62,278 bases of DNA from Nemertoderma westbladi. Its lineage: Eukaryota; Animalia; Xenacoelomorpha. Where the stretch lies: contig JAUCBJ010002729.1 of assembly GCA_032718475.1 (NCBI GenBank), forward strand, positions 1-62,278, in the 5' to 3' direction. Both the position numbers and the translations under genes were made by a program. Below, piece after piece: positions 1 through 13,400 of the stretch. The notes beneath the pieces were generated by a model. The model had not been told where the DNA came from and did not search any database. It worked only from the letters and a program-made list of their open reading frames with translations. How positions within the stretch are numbered: position 1 is the first letter of the stretch; every line of letters begins with the position of its first letter.

Positions 1-483
1 GCGTTACAAAAATGTTTCCCCATATAGATAATGCTCCAATCATCTCCTCCTTATCGATATATAGAGAGTTACAAAATGGAAGAGAGTATGGGTAAGGAAG
101 CATAGGTTCTAGAATAATACACACTTTTCCATTATTTATTTACATACATTTAAACACTTTACACATTTGGAATCCTTACATCAGATCCAGTACTAAGATT
201 AACGGTAACATTGACAAGGCCTCTCTTAACGCATGGCGCAGGTGGTAGGAGTCAAGAAAAAAATCAATGTGTTGAGTTGCTAGTATTGGGTCGTCGACTA
301 ACTAACTAACTAGGTCATACAAATACCGGAAGTATCCAGTTAACAGCATCGCCGGCGTAATTAAATTAGTCCCGCCCGAGAACCTTGTAGGATGATGACA
401 CAGTAGAAACTCATAAATACTGTTTGATTTAGGGTTTGTGCAAGGTAAATACTAAATGTTATTAACTCGAAATGGTTTCAAAC

Positions 484-686
484 CTGACTGTCTAGAAGTC
501 GTTTGCATGTGTTAAATCGCCCAAATTTAGCGGCGAAATGTAGCGGTAGTTTCTTCTCGTTGTCCCGATGACTGAGAGAGGCCCCGAGTTTTATTAACGT
601 GTCGATACACTTTATGTGACCCTCCTGACTGGCGTAATGCAGCGGGGAACAACCCAACATGTCTCTCTCATGAAGTAAATCCAACC
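484..686 (-). CDS. TRPA1: TRPA1-like channel, third coding exon in window (ankyrin repeats); gene continues beyond position 1
   Basis: Translation (G)LDLLHERDMLGCSPLHYASQEGH...LPLHFAAKFGRFNTCKRLLDSQ resembles the TRPA1 ankyrin segment (GCSPLHYAS...PLHFAA.YGR.NT..LLDS). Acceptor tatttccag|GG at 687/686 is phase 1, matching the previous exon. Donor CAG|gtttga at 484/483. Confidence 0.88.
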
Positions 687-1484
687 CTGGAAATATACGA
701 GATGATATTGTGATTGAAGCATGTAGTTATAGATACGGTACACATATGGGTATATAATAAGGCTGCTGATTGGATTGGAGAGGGTTACAAATACACAAAA
801 TAGCACGTCACTGAAAAGTAAAACTAGATAGATCAACTACTTTCAGGAATAACATTAATTGATAGGAATTGATAGGGGGCAGGGGTAAGGATAGGGGGTT
901 GGGGGGGGGGGGGGGGTGGTAGGGATGGTATTTGAAGGACAATGGGCAGGATATTACTGTTACATACATACTCGATTTTTTTTAATTGTAACCTATTTTG
1001 TATGTTAATTTAGATTTGCTTAATAATTAGACTATATTATTTAGTAGATGATTTTTTAAAGTTTTCGATAACGAGGTTTTAGATGCGAGACTAGCGAGAC
1101 TACTTCTAACTTTAAAGGTAAAGTATATAACATAGATGTTATATATACTGTAGCTGCTATAATTTATAACAATTATTTACTTCTGATTGGTTGTCAATGC
1201 TGGAAATGCCAGCTTTCAACTTTCAAGTACGATAGAACATATGACTAGTGCATTTTTAAAGTTGAAAGTTGCATGTTGAAAAATGAAAGTTGACTGTTTA
1301 TGTGTGAACATCACCATAGGCTACAATATGTTCTATCTTTTAATTGAAAGTTGAAAGCTCATGTGTGATCAGGGCCTTACTGACCGAGTTTTATAACTAT
1401 GAACTGAGGAAGTTAAATTAAATAGACTTAAAACGGCTGGGGAAAGATTTGTAGATTTGTGATTCAGTTGATACATGAAATCGC

Positions 1485-3780
1485 CTAACTGATGTTTGTA
1501 AAGCTCTTGTCCTAGAGCTTTAAAGCTCCTAAAGTTTTATCTAACTGATGTTTGTAAAGCTCTTGTCCTAGAACTTTAAAGCTCCTAAAGTTTTATATAA
1601 CTGATGTTTGTAAAGCTCTTGTCCTAGAGCTTTAAAGCTCAAAGTTTTATCTAACTGATGTTTGTAAAGCTCTTGTCCTAGAGCTTTAAAGCTCATAAAG
1701 TTTTATCTACCTGATGTTTGTAAAGCTTTTGTCCTAGAGCTTTAAAGCTCCTAAAGTTTTATCTAACTGATGTTTGTAAAGCTCTTGTCCTAGAGCTTTA
1801 AAGCTCCTAAAGTTTTATCTAACTGATGTTTGTAAAGCTCTTGTCCTAGAGCTTTAAAGCTCTTAAAGTTTTATCTAACTGATGTTTCTAAAGCTCTTGT
1901 CCTAGAGCTTTAAAGCTCCTAAAGTTTTATCTAACTGATGTTTGTAAAGCTCTTGTCCTAGAGCTTTAAAGCTCTTAAAGTTTTATCTAACTGATGTTTC
2001 TAAAGCTCTTGTCCTAGAGCTTTAAAGCTCCTAAAGTTTTATCTAATTGATGTTTGTAAAGCTCTTGTCCAAGAGCTTTAAAGCTCCTCAAGTTTTATCT
2101 AACTGATGTTTGTAAAGCTCTTGTCCTAGAGCTTTAAAGCTCCTAAAGTTTTATCTAACTGATGTTTGTAAAGCTCTTGTCCTAGAGCTTTAAAGCTCCT
2201 AAAGTTTTATCTAACTGATGTTTGTAAAGCTCTTGTCCTAGAGCTTTAAAGCTCCTAAAGTTTTATCTAACTGATGTTTGTAAAGCTCTTGTCCTAGAGC
2301 TTTAAAGCTCCTAAAGTTTTATCTAACTGATGTTTGTAAAGCTCTTGTCCTAGAGCTTTAAATCTCCTAAAGTTTTATCTAACTGATGTTTGTAAAGCTC
2401 TTGTCCTCGAGCTTTAAAGCTCCTAAAGTTTTATCTAACTTATGTTTCTAAAGCTCTTGTCCTAGAGCTTTAAAGCTCCTAAAGTTTTATCTAACTGATG
2501 TTTGTAAAGCTCTTGTCCTAGAGCTTTAAAGCTCCTAAAGTTTTATCTAACTGATGTTTGTAAAGCTCTTGTCCTAGAGCTTTAAAGCTCCTAAAGTTTC
2601 ATCTAACTGATGTTTGTAAAGCTCTTGTCCTAGAGCTTTAAAGCTCCTAAAGTATTATCTAACTGATGTTTGTAAAGCTCTTGTCCTAGAGCTTTAAAGC
2701 TCCTAAAGTTTTATCTAACTGATGTTTGTAGCTCTTGTCCTAGAGCTTTAAAGCTCCTAAAGTTTTATCTAACTGATGTTTCTAAAGCTCTTGTCCTAGA
2801 GCTTTAAAGATCCTAAAGTTTTATGTACCTGATGTTTGTAAAGCTCTTGTCCTAGAGCTTTAAAGCTCGTAAAGTTTTATCTAACTGATGTTTGTAAAGC
2901 TCTTGTCCTAGAGCTTTAAATCTCCTAAAGTTTTATCTAACTGATGTTTGTAAAGCTCTTGTCCTAGAGCTTTAAAGCTCCTAAAGTTTTATCTAACTGA
3001 TGTTTCTAAAGCTCTTGTCCTAGAGCTTTAAAGCTCCTAAAGTTTTATCTAACTGATGTTTGTAAAGCTCTTGTCCTAGAGCTTTAAAGCTCCTAAAGTT
3101 TTATCTAACTGATGTTTCTAAAGCTCTTGTCCTAGAGCTTTAAAGCTCCTAAAGTTTTATCTAACTGATGTTTGTAAAGCTCTTGTCCTAGAGCTTTAAA
3201 GCTCCTAAAGTTTTATCTAACTGATGTTTGTAAAGCTCTTGTCCTAGAGCTTTAAAGCTCATAAAGTTTTATCTAAATGATATTTGTAAAGCTCTTGTCC
3301 TAGAGCTTTAAAGCTCCTAAAGTTTTATCTAACTGATGTTTGTAAAGTTCTTGTCCTAGAGCTTTAAAGCTCCTAAAGTTTCATCTAACTGATGTTTGTA
3401 AAGCTCTTGTCCTAGAGCTTTAAAGCTCCTAAAGTTTTATCTAACTGATGTTTGTAAAGCTCTTGTCCTATAACTTTAAAGCTCCTAAAGTTTTATCTAA
3501 CTGATGTTTGTAAAGCTCTTGTCCTAGAGCTTTAAATCTCCTAAAGTTTTATGTACCTGATGTTTGTAAAGCTCTTGTCCTAGAGCTTTAAAGCTCCTAA
3601 AGTTTTATCTAACTGATGTTTGTAAAGCTCTTGTGCTAGAGCTTTAAAGCTCCTAAAGTTTTATCTAACTGATGTTTGTAAAGCTCTTGCTTGTCCTAGA
3701 ACTTTAAAGCTCCTAAAGTTTTATCTAACTGATGTTTGTAAAGCTCTTGTCCTAGAGCTTTAAAGCTGATAAAGTTTTAT
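1485..3780. repeat. 56-bp minisatellite array, ~41 copies, in TRPA1 intron
   Basis: Unit ctaactgatgtttgtaaagctcttgtcctagagctttaaagctcctaaagttttat; period 56 (1485, 1541...). Contains palindrome GAGCTTTAAAGCTC. Confidence 0.97.
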
Positions 3781-4779
3781 AAATAGGACCAGAAGAGGAA
3801 CGATGATGACTATTTGTGATACGACGAAGGAGTTTATTTACTTTAATTCTTAGTGCCTTGAGATCTTGAGTATGTACCGCCCCATAAGATTATACAGCAA
3901 TGTAGATAAGGGTGAACTAATGAGTAGTCAGTTGGCGGAGAATATTAAGCGGGAAAATATATATAAAAAATACCCACACACCTTGAAATTTAACATATAC
4001 TAAAGTTGATATGACATTTAAAGTTTAAATGTTTGTTTATTAAAACACAGAATTTTACTTCTGTTTGTATAGGAAATTGGTGAATTATTAATAATTATTC
4101 TGGGAAGGTTAATGGTGCAAAGTCGGTTAGAGAAAAAAGATGCTTTTGTTTTTTTAAGATTAAGGGAAAGTGAGTTATCAATTAACCAGTTTGTGATATT
4201 TTTTAATTTTAATTAAATTTAAATATTTTCAGTTTACGGTACCAATTTAGTACAGACTCACTCAGTCTGGTAGTTGAAGTTTTTAAGTAAATTTATAATA
4301 ATATTAATATATGTTATTAATATAAAGGACTCTCTAGTAAATAACCATAGCTTTATAGGTAATCCTATATGTAATGTTAAACATGAAAGCAAAATAAAAT
4401 ATCCCGCTGCTATTCAAGTTTTAGAATACGGTCCAAATGAAATTACATAGCTATTCATTCGTCTGTCGTCTTTTATATCTCAGAGTTTACACCAGCCACC
4501 TCGAAAAAGTGGCACCCATTCAATAAACTGACTGATTAAGAAACTCGTTGGTTATGAACTCGGATCCCCCCTCATCGACAGTTATAAACTCTAACCCCAA
4601 ACCAATACTACTCTGCACAGGAGGCAATAAAGTATATTATATACCACTACAAAGCTAAGCCAATACAAAACAAAGGAAACGCCAATACTCTTATCAGAAT
4701 TACCATACAACAAATCCCGGGGCGGTGGGATTTTGATTATGAGCTGGAATGGTGAGGGGGCAAGTTCAAAACTAGCAAC

Positions 4780-5560
4780 TACCACTGACAATACCTTTAC
4801 CCAACTCTGATAATTTAATGTTAATGGAAACCGAAAACTTTTTGCTTTTACATCAATACTAGCAATTTAAGATGGCCAAAGTAGTATACTTATGTGGTTA
4901 TTTCTCACCAAAATATGATGTTACAGTCATACTCTCTGAACTGGTCTGAGCAATCAATGCAATCCGAGCAAAATCCAACATCCAATACAATAGTCATCAA
5001 CGATGGTTCTGGTCGATGAGACTAGACTAGAGTCTCAGTCCTGCCAACTTTGAATACCAAACATGAATGGATTTTGGTGCAATCTATGTGTGATGGTGGA
5101 ATAACAGTCCGGAGCAGCGAACTGAGACAACTAGAAACATTGATCCCGAGAAACTGGGTGATTACCTGGAGCCAACAAATTTCCAGGAGCTCTTAGCCAC
5201 GGTATTGACAGTGCCTGCCTACGATTATGTAACATCCGCTATAAGAAAATCAGTGCAAACCAAGAAGCCACGAACTTCAAAGCCTTGGTTCGATCAAGAA
5301 TGCTTCAAGGAACAAAAAAGGCAGAAACTTTTGCACAATACATTGGTTAAAAACCAAAAACCAGAGGCGAGGGAGCTACAATTGTCTAATCAAAACTAAG
5401 AAATTGTTATACGAGAAGCAGAAGGAACATAAGATGATAGAAGATTGTGAGTCTGATTTAAAATCATTCTGTGATATTATGCGAAGTAAACCTGTATTCG
5501 ATTTTTCGCGCCTTCATAGGCAACAATACAAAAATACGCTCCCTCAAGATTCTGATTTAG
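4780..5560 (+). mobile_element. Heavily decayed non-LTR retrotransposon ORF2 fragment (region upstream of RT)
   Basis: ORF 5205-5399 contains KPWFDQEC, a W-F-D-x-x-C motif common in LINE ORF2 between endonuclease and RT. Many stops. Probably the 5' part of the element resuming at ~7170. Confidence 0.4.
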
Positions 5561-6480
5561 AAACGCAATAATCTCAACATAATTATTCCCTTCCCCTTCC
5601 ATAACCACAATACCCCATTGTCATCTACATCCAATATCACGGCCTCCCTAATCCGGCCACCTTTCTATTCACCTACAATTGCTATATTACTCATTATTAC
5701 GCATTATTAGGAACCTCCCTGCAAGCTACCACTACTGTCCAATAAGGGCGCTTCATATGCAAATACATATCTTCCCTCTCATTGGAGCTTCCTATACAAA
5801 CCTATCCCTTCCTTTTCATTGTATTAACCCTTACCCAGTCAATAACAGGGACTATTTCTGTATACAATAAACTAATGAGATAACAATGACAGTGAACGTT
5901 TATTGGTTAGTCTGTGACAAATCAATATCAATTATGTTTTACATGTGTTTAACGTAATTATTGTACAAAAAGACAGACAGGTGATAATTAGGGGTCAACT
6001 TCACATTGTCCCCAGATACCGGGTTTAATAGAGCCACATTTGGATGAATTAAACAGTCAGTAACCACAAGCCTTAGTAGATGGCAGCCTCAGCAGCTAAT
6101 CTAGGCTCTGCTTCTCGGCATCAGACCTACACTGCGCCATTACTTTGATCCCCTAAGGGGACCTAGTGTTTGGATGTGTGGGTTAGGCTCCCACTGAGAA
6201 CTGAGCAGCCCTGGAGGAACTTGACCGACCAGCCCAGGAGCACTAGCGGACTCTGCCCACTGGCTACTCCGTTCATCCCAGAATCAATAGTTTAGTCGTG
6301 AGGACAAGGTAGCAGTACTCTTCCTTGGTTTTGACTGTCAAATTATGCCCCTAGACTTAGTGGAGCGACCTCGGTTTTAATCAATCCTCTAAAGTCGTAG
6401 GACAAAGAAGCAGCTAACTAACTGCCTGTTTAGTTAGACCTTTAGACTAGAACATACCTTTTTTACATGTTATTCCTTTA

Positions 6481-6756
6481 TAAAAGTAAAAAGTAAAAGT
6501 AAATTTTCTTCGGCCGATAGGCCAGGGATTACGCACAAAGTCTGACGACTTATTTCCAGGTCGGTCCCACCAGAACTTTACTCCCCAGAGAAAACTCCAG
6601 TACTCATTTAGCTACCACTTAAGGATGCAAGGCAGAGATGCGCCCTGTCTGGTCCCTTTAAAGCATTCGTGCCGAAACGAAAACTGCCCTGGCCCATGTG
6701 AGGATCGAACCCACGACCTACGGGAGATGTGAATTCAATGCATCCACTACACCAAG
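6481..6756 (-). mobile_element. tRNA-derived SINE
   Basis: Minus strand reads ccttggtgtagtggatg...gtgggttcgatcctcacatgggcca (A box TGGTGTAGTGG, B box GGTTCGATCC), then a ~190-bp body ending in a (TTTTAC)n-like tail. Body is similar to 18068-18205. Confidence 0.75.
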
Positions 6757-7829
6757 GTGGAACCTAGAATTCACCTAGAATTTTATACTTTTTCAGATTT
6801 TTTTCAGAGTATTTTATGTACTATTTGTCAGTTACAATTTTTTGGATTGTCTTATTTTTCCAGGTATATTTTGGATCCTAACGGACCCAAGGCACCCCTC
6901 ACTCAGTTTCTCTCTTTCCCTCTTCCCAGAGGTTTTTCTATGGTGTTACATAGTATACACTATTTTTATACCATAAGGAAGCAATATAACATCTGGAGAA
7001 AACTGAAATCACTGTGTTTTAGTACTATCTTAAAAGGGTTGTGGATGTCCATAAATAACAAGTCATTGAAGGAACGTGTATTATTGCGAGCTATTTTCAA
7101 GTCAGACTTGATACCGAGAAACCAAAACAGTAAGGAAAATGAAAGTAACACTTTTTGGATCTTTTAGAGATACAAGCCGCTTTCGGAGCTTATCGTGCCA
7201 GAGGCACGAGAAATCCATTACAAAACCGCAACCACGATTTACAGCTCAACAAGTTCAATAAGATGACTGGTCAAACCACTTCTCTAAACTGCTGACTGCA
7301 GACAAACCACCTCATCTACTGACAATGCAGGATAATCCAGATGATGATCTAGATCAACCGATACAAGCATAAATTGAATAAAGGAGGCTGTTAGCAGTTA
7401 AAAGTCCAGCAAAGCCACAGGTCCAGATGGCATGAATAACGAAGCCCTGGAGATTGGTTTTGGACTCCCCCTACCGTACTTACTGATTCTGTTCAACGTG
7501 TGCTTTACTGCAGCATGCTGTCCCGCTATCTGGCTGACTGCCTACTTCATACCCCTGTACAAAGGAAGGTGAGAGAAATCAGATCCGAACAGTTATAGAG
7601 GTATTGCCCTTTTATCTTGTATAATGAAGACATACACATCAATATTAAGATATCCAGGTTATATGTCTGGGCAGAGGCCAGATCAATAGTACCAGATTCA
7701 CAATATGGTTTCCGAAAAGGAAGGTCCACCATAACAGCGGTGAAACTCATACATTCGAAAATAAGGGCTGCCTTACAACCTGCTGGTGGACATATATACT
7801 GCGTGTTTATAGACCTAACCAAGGCCTTC

Positions 7830-8581
7830 TACCTGCTAAGGCTGCTTCTAGTGTTGGTCTTTTTACTAACTCCAGAAAGACCAACATTTTGACAGTTAAC
7901 TTTGAAAGTCCTCAGCAAGTCTCTGATCGGATGAGCATAAGCTCAAAGGAAGGTATGCTTGAGCATTTGGACGACTTCTGTTACCTGGGATCATGGATCC
8001 GGAAGTCAGGTGAGGATCTTCGAAAGGGAAAGGCATGGACAGCCTTTAATAGGCTTTCCAGGATTTGGAAGTCACCGAGAATTAATCGGAAACTTAAGGT
8101 CCGATTATTTAGAGCAGCAGTTGTTCCAGTACTTCTCTATGGGAGTCCATACTGGGCTCTAACTGCTGAGGACACAAAATCTCTGGATGGAACATTCACA
8201 AGAATGCTACACCGGGTTCATTGGGTCAAGTACAATGCACACATCTCCAACCAGACACTATATAACATTGGAGGTGTCTCATTGGTTCCCCCAAGCTTGA
8301 CACTAGAACAAAATCGCCTCCGCTTTGTAGGACATTGCTTTCGCCGTGAGGACCAGCCAGTTCATAATCTTGTACTTTGGCAGCCTCATGGAGTAAATAA
8401 GCATGGTGGGCAGCCCATGACTTTCTTGAGACGCATCTTAAAGGACACTGGCCTTGAAGATCCGGATGATCTAGCAAATGTAATGGGTGATAGGGAGTTG
8501 TGGAGGTGCAATTTTGTCGACAAGCTGGCACAGCATTCTTAAAAATGCAGCTGCAATGCACCATGCCGATCCTAGTAGTCG
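7830..8581 (+). mobile_element. 5'-truncated RTE-like LINE (family A) nested in host LINE
   Basis: RT C-terminus FCYLGSWI...LLYGS..W..RLRFVGHC; TAG-repeat tail; 14-bp TSD taaccaaggccttc at 7816-7829 and 8582-8595. Closely similar to 24603-25301. Confidence 0.9.
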
Positions 8582-8828
8582 TAACCAAGGCCTTCGATTC
8601 GGCGAACCATGAACTCCTTTGCCAGAAGCTGTCACAGTTTGGCTTTGGAGTCAGCAAATAGTTTATTGCTATATTATGGGCACTATTATTATCAATAAAC
8701 TATGTCTGTATCTGCATTGAAGTCACACAGGAATCACACAGGAACACAGAAACATGGCCCAAACCATTGTTATAGTCCAAGGAGACCAACTCTCGCCTCT
8801 TCTTTTTAGTATTTTTGTATCTGAATTA

Positions 8829-9409
8829 CTACTACTACTACTACTAGGTCGAGCGAACTCGGACAGTGGAAATGAGATCCTTCCAGACTTCCCAATTCTC
8901 CATAATTGTCGCAATTTCGTTTCTCCCAAGTTCAGTATCCCGTTCAAGTTGATCTATATATGTTATGGCCGTTCGTCCATGGCTACGCTTTCCTTGAGTT
9001 GGTTGCCAGAAAAGTAGATCTGGTATGACCTCATCTTTACTTCGCCAGCAATGCCCACTGAATCTTAATGTGCATGCACGGAGGGTGGTTGATACAGGTG
9101 GTATTGTATCATAAAGCTCGGCGTTTGTCATGTGTTGTCTCCAGATGATGTTTAGGGCTGCCCTTAGTAGTCTTGTATAGCAACCATCAATTCATCGTTA
9201 AAGTGATTTAGTCAGTGTCCAGGTCTCACCCCCATATAAAAATACACTTTCCACTGTGGCTCGAAATAACTTAGTCTTCAGGTGCCTGGAGAGATCTGAT
9301 TTCCAGATGGTATCCATTTTTGATAGAGCTACCCAAGCCTTTGCTTTCCTAACTTCTATGTCCTTTTTGCTACTCTCTATCCATGATCCAAGGTACTGGA
9401 AGTCGTCAA
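8829..9409 (-). mobile_element. 5'-truncated RTE-like LINE (family B) nested in host LINE
   Basis: DDFQYLGSWI...FLYGGETWTLT; (TAG)n tail seen as (cta)n at 8829-8846; 12-bp TSD gtatctgaatta at 8817-8828 and 9410-9421. Same family as 15790-17253. Confidence 0.9.
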
Positions 9410-10424
9410 GTATCTGAATTAACGGCAATTATCATCACTGTTTCCGTATCTGTATTCATTGTCATGTACGCTGATGACCTGGCTATAGTTTGAATCTTTG
9501 AATCGGCTGTTAAATTCCATAATAGAGGCCGAGTATCATGACAACCAACAAGTTAAGTTTGTGAACTCCTTTGAATATTTAGGTGTGATCCTCTCAACAA
9601 AGAATGGTAGTAGTGGCCACTTTCAGCACCTTTACAAGAACGGAGTTGTCAGCTGCATCCATATAGCGATTAAAGTGGACCTTTTGGCAAACCTCTTATG
9701 GAAGTCAGTTGTCCTCCCATCCATAACTTATGGATGCAATGTGTTTGTCAATTCCAACGATTTAGAAGGTCTTGATCACATAAAACGCATCCACGCCTTG
9801 TTCTGGAAGTATTTGTGTAGAATAAGTAAATTCACTTCCTCATTTGCCATACTCAACTACATCGATAACTATGTCGAACATGCGGGAACCTCAACGGATC
9901 TGAGCTGACTGTCAGGTTTTAGGCGCTGTTCAGCATCCCAGCTACTTTCAAACGGCAGCCACCATAGATTATGCGAGAACGAAAGTTGCTGGCGCCCGAC
10001 GGAACAATGTATGTTTTGGCTTTGCAGGAAACCAATACAAGTAGCGGAACACTATATTGCGTGCAGCGGTATCCCTCCATACAGTCCAGTCTCCATGCCT
10101 CCCTCTACCTGATGACACTTGAGAGAAACTCAACTATTAAATAGTTGAGTCCCCCCCCCCCCCCCCCCCTTTATTTTACAGTATAATATTATATATTTTA
10201 GTTTAAGTTTTAATTTTCGAAACCCAAATGTTTGGTGATAAAGTTTAATATTCAAATCTCAGAGTTTAGGATTTATTTTTTGTTGTTGGTTGTTTGTTTG
10301 ATGTCTACATTAAGTTTTGTGATAATTTAAATGTTTCTAGATGACAAGTTTATACTCTATCATGACCAATGACGATAAAAATTGACCTGTGTTTTCTCAA
10401 TTTGTATGACCAGAATGCACAGCA

Positions 10425-13400
10425 CATCCCATCCGACCCGCACTAACTAACCTCCCTCGTGCTGCCAACACGTATGCATTGGGTTCATATAGGCGGTGTG
10501 CATCCCATTCAACCCACACTAACTAACCTCCCTCGTGCTGCCAACACGTATGCATTGGGTTCATATAGGCGGTGTGCATCCCATTCAACCCGCACTAACT
10601 AACCTCCCTCGTGTTGCCAACACGTATGCATTGGGTTCATATAGGCGGTGTGCATCCCATTCAACCCGCACTAACTAACCTCCCTCGTGTTGCCAACACG
10701 TATGCATTGGGTTCATATAGGCGGTGTGCATCCCATTCAACCCGCACTAACTAACCTCCCTCGTGCTGCCAACACGTATGCATTGGGTTCATATAGGCGG
10801 TGTGCATCCCATTCAACCCGCACTAACTAACCTCCCTCGTGTTGCCAACACGTATGCATTGGGTTCATATAGGCGGTGTGCATCCCATTCAACCCGCACT
10901 AACTAACCTCCCTCGTGTTGCCAACACGTATGCATTGGGTTCATATAGGCGGTGTGCATCCCATTCAACCCGCACTAACTAACCTCCCTCGTGTTGCCAA
11001 CACGTATGCATTGGGTTCATATAGGCGGTGTGCATCCCATTCAACCCGCACTAACTAACCTCCCTCGTGTTGCCAACACGTATGCATTGGGTTCATATAG
11101 GCGGTGTGCATCCCATTCAACCCGCACTAACTAACCTCCCTCGTGTTGCCAACACGTATGCATTGGGTTCATATAGGCGGTGTGCATCCCATTCAACCCG
11201 CACTAACTAACCTCCCTCGTGCTGCCAACACGTATGCATTGGGTTCATATAGGCAGTGTGCATCCCATTCAACCCGCACTAACTAACCTCCCTCGTGCTG
11301 CCAACACGTATGCATTGGGTTCATATAGGCGGTGTGCATCCCATTCAACCCGCACTAACTAACCTCCCTCGTGCTGCCAACACGTATGCATTGGGTTCAT
11401 ATAGGCAGTGTGCATCCCATTCAACCCGCACTAACTAACCTCCCTCGTGCTGCCAACACGTATGCATTGGGTTCATATAGGCGGTGTGCATCCCATTCAA
11501 CCCGCACTAACTAACCTCCCTCGTGTTGCCAACACGTATGCATTGGGTTCATATAGGCGGTGTGCATCCCATTCAACCCGCACTAACTAACCTCCCTCGT
11601 GCTGCCAACACGTATGCATTGGGTTCATATAGGCAGTGTGCATCCCATTCAACCCGCACTAACTAACCTCCCTCGTGCTGCCAACACGTATGCATTGGGT
11701 TCATATAGGCGGTGTGCATCCCATTCAACCCGCACTAACTAACCTCCCTCGTGCTGCCAACACGTATGCATTGGGTTCATATAGGCAGTGTGCATCCCAT
11801 TCAACCCGCACTAACTAACCTCCCTCGTGCTGCCAACACGTATGCATTGGGTTCATATAGGCGGTGTGCATCCCATTCAACCCGCACTAACTAACCTCCC
11901 TCGTGTTGCCAACACGTATGCATTGGGTTCATATAGGCGGTGTGCATCCCATTCAACCCGCACTAACTAACCTCCCTCGTGTTGCCAACACGTATGCATT
12001 GGGTTCATATAGGCGGTGTGCATCCCATTCAACCCACACTAACTAACCTCCCTCGTGCTGCCAACACGTATGCATTGGGTTCATATAGGCGGTGTGCATC
12101 CCATTCAACCCGCACTAACTAACCTCCCTCGTGTTGCCAACACGTATGCATTGGGTTCATATAGGCGGTGTGCATCCCATCCGACCCGCACTAACTAACC
12201 TCCCTCGTGTTGCCAACACGTATGCATTGGGTTCATATAGGCGGTGTGCATCCCATTCAACCCGCACTAACTAACCTCCCTCGTGTTGCCAACACGTATG
12301 CATTGGGTTCATATAGGCGGTGTGCATCCCATTCAACCCGCACTAACTAACCTCCCTCGTGTTGCCAACACGTATGCATTGGGTTCATATAGGCGGTGTG
12401 CATCCCATTCAACCCGCACTAACTAACCTCCCTCGTGTTGCCAACACGTATGCATTGGGTTCATATAGGCGGTGTGCATCCCATTCAACCCGCACTAACT
12501 AACCTCCCTCGTGTTGCCAACACGTATGCATTGGGTTCATATAGGCGGTGTGCATCCCATTCAACCCGCACTAACTAACCTCCCTCGTGCTGCCAACACG
12601 TATGCATTGGGTTCATATAGGCAGTGTGCATCCCATTCAACCCGCACTAACTAACCTCCCTCGTGCTGCCAACACGTATGCATTGGGTTCATATAGGCGG
12701 TGTGCATCCCATTCAACCCGCACTAACTAACCTCCCTCGTGCTGCCAACACGTATGCATTGGGTTCATATAGGCAGTGTGCATCCCATTCAACCCGCACT
12801 AACTAACCTCCCTCGTGCTGCCAACACGTATGCATTGGGTTCATATAGGCGGTGTGCATCCCATTCAACCCGCACTAACTAACCTCCCTCGTGTTGCCAA
12901 CACGTATGCATTGGGTTCATATAGGCGGTGTGCATCCCATTCAACCCGCACTAACTAACCTCCCTCGTGCTGCCAACACGTATGCATTGGGTTCATATAG
13001 GCAGTGTGCATCCCATTCAACCCGCACTAACTAACCTCCCTCGTGCTGCCAACACGTATGCATTGGGTTCATATAGGCGGTGTGCATCCCATTCAACCCG
13101 CACTAACTAACCTCCCTCGTGCTGCCAACACGTATGCATTGGGTTCATATAGGCAGTGTGCATCCCATTCAACCCGCACTAACTAACCTCCCTCGTGCTG
13201 CCAACACGTATGCATTGGGTTCATATAGGCGGTGTGCATCCCATTCAACCCGCACTAACTAACCTCCCTCGTGCTGCCAACACGTATGCATTGGGTTCAT
13301 ATAGGCAGTGTGCATCCCATTCAACCCGCACTAACTAACCTCCCTCGTGCTGCCAACACGTATGCATTGGGTTCATATAGGCGGTGTGCATCCCATTCAA

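Larger units (their letters stand above)
7170..10100 (+). mobile_element. Decayed host LINE reverse transcriptase region, interrupted by two younger RTE-like insertions
   Basis: Motifs in order: KATGPDG, SYRGIAL, QYGFRKGRST, CVFIDLTKAF|DS, QGDQLSPLLF, MYADDL (~9464-9481), FEYLGV. Frameshifts and stops throughout. Confidence 0.85.

Noticed and set aside
1-483. Further TRPA1 exon
   Set aside because: No ankyrin-like translation with splice sites found; the next exon must lie outside the window.
6688-6756. Functional tRNA gene
   Set aside because: Degenerate cloverleaf followed by a SINE body and simple-repeat tail.
9471-9490. CTGATGA as a hammerhead core
   Set aside because: It is the YADD-coding sequence of the LINE RT; no stem II or GAAA follows.
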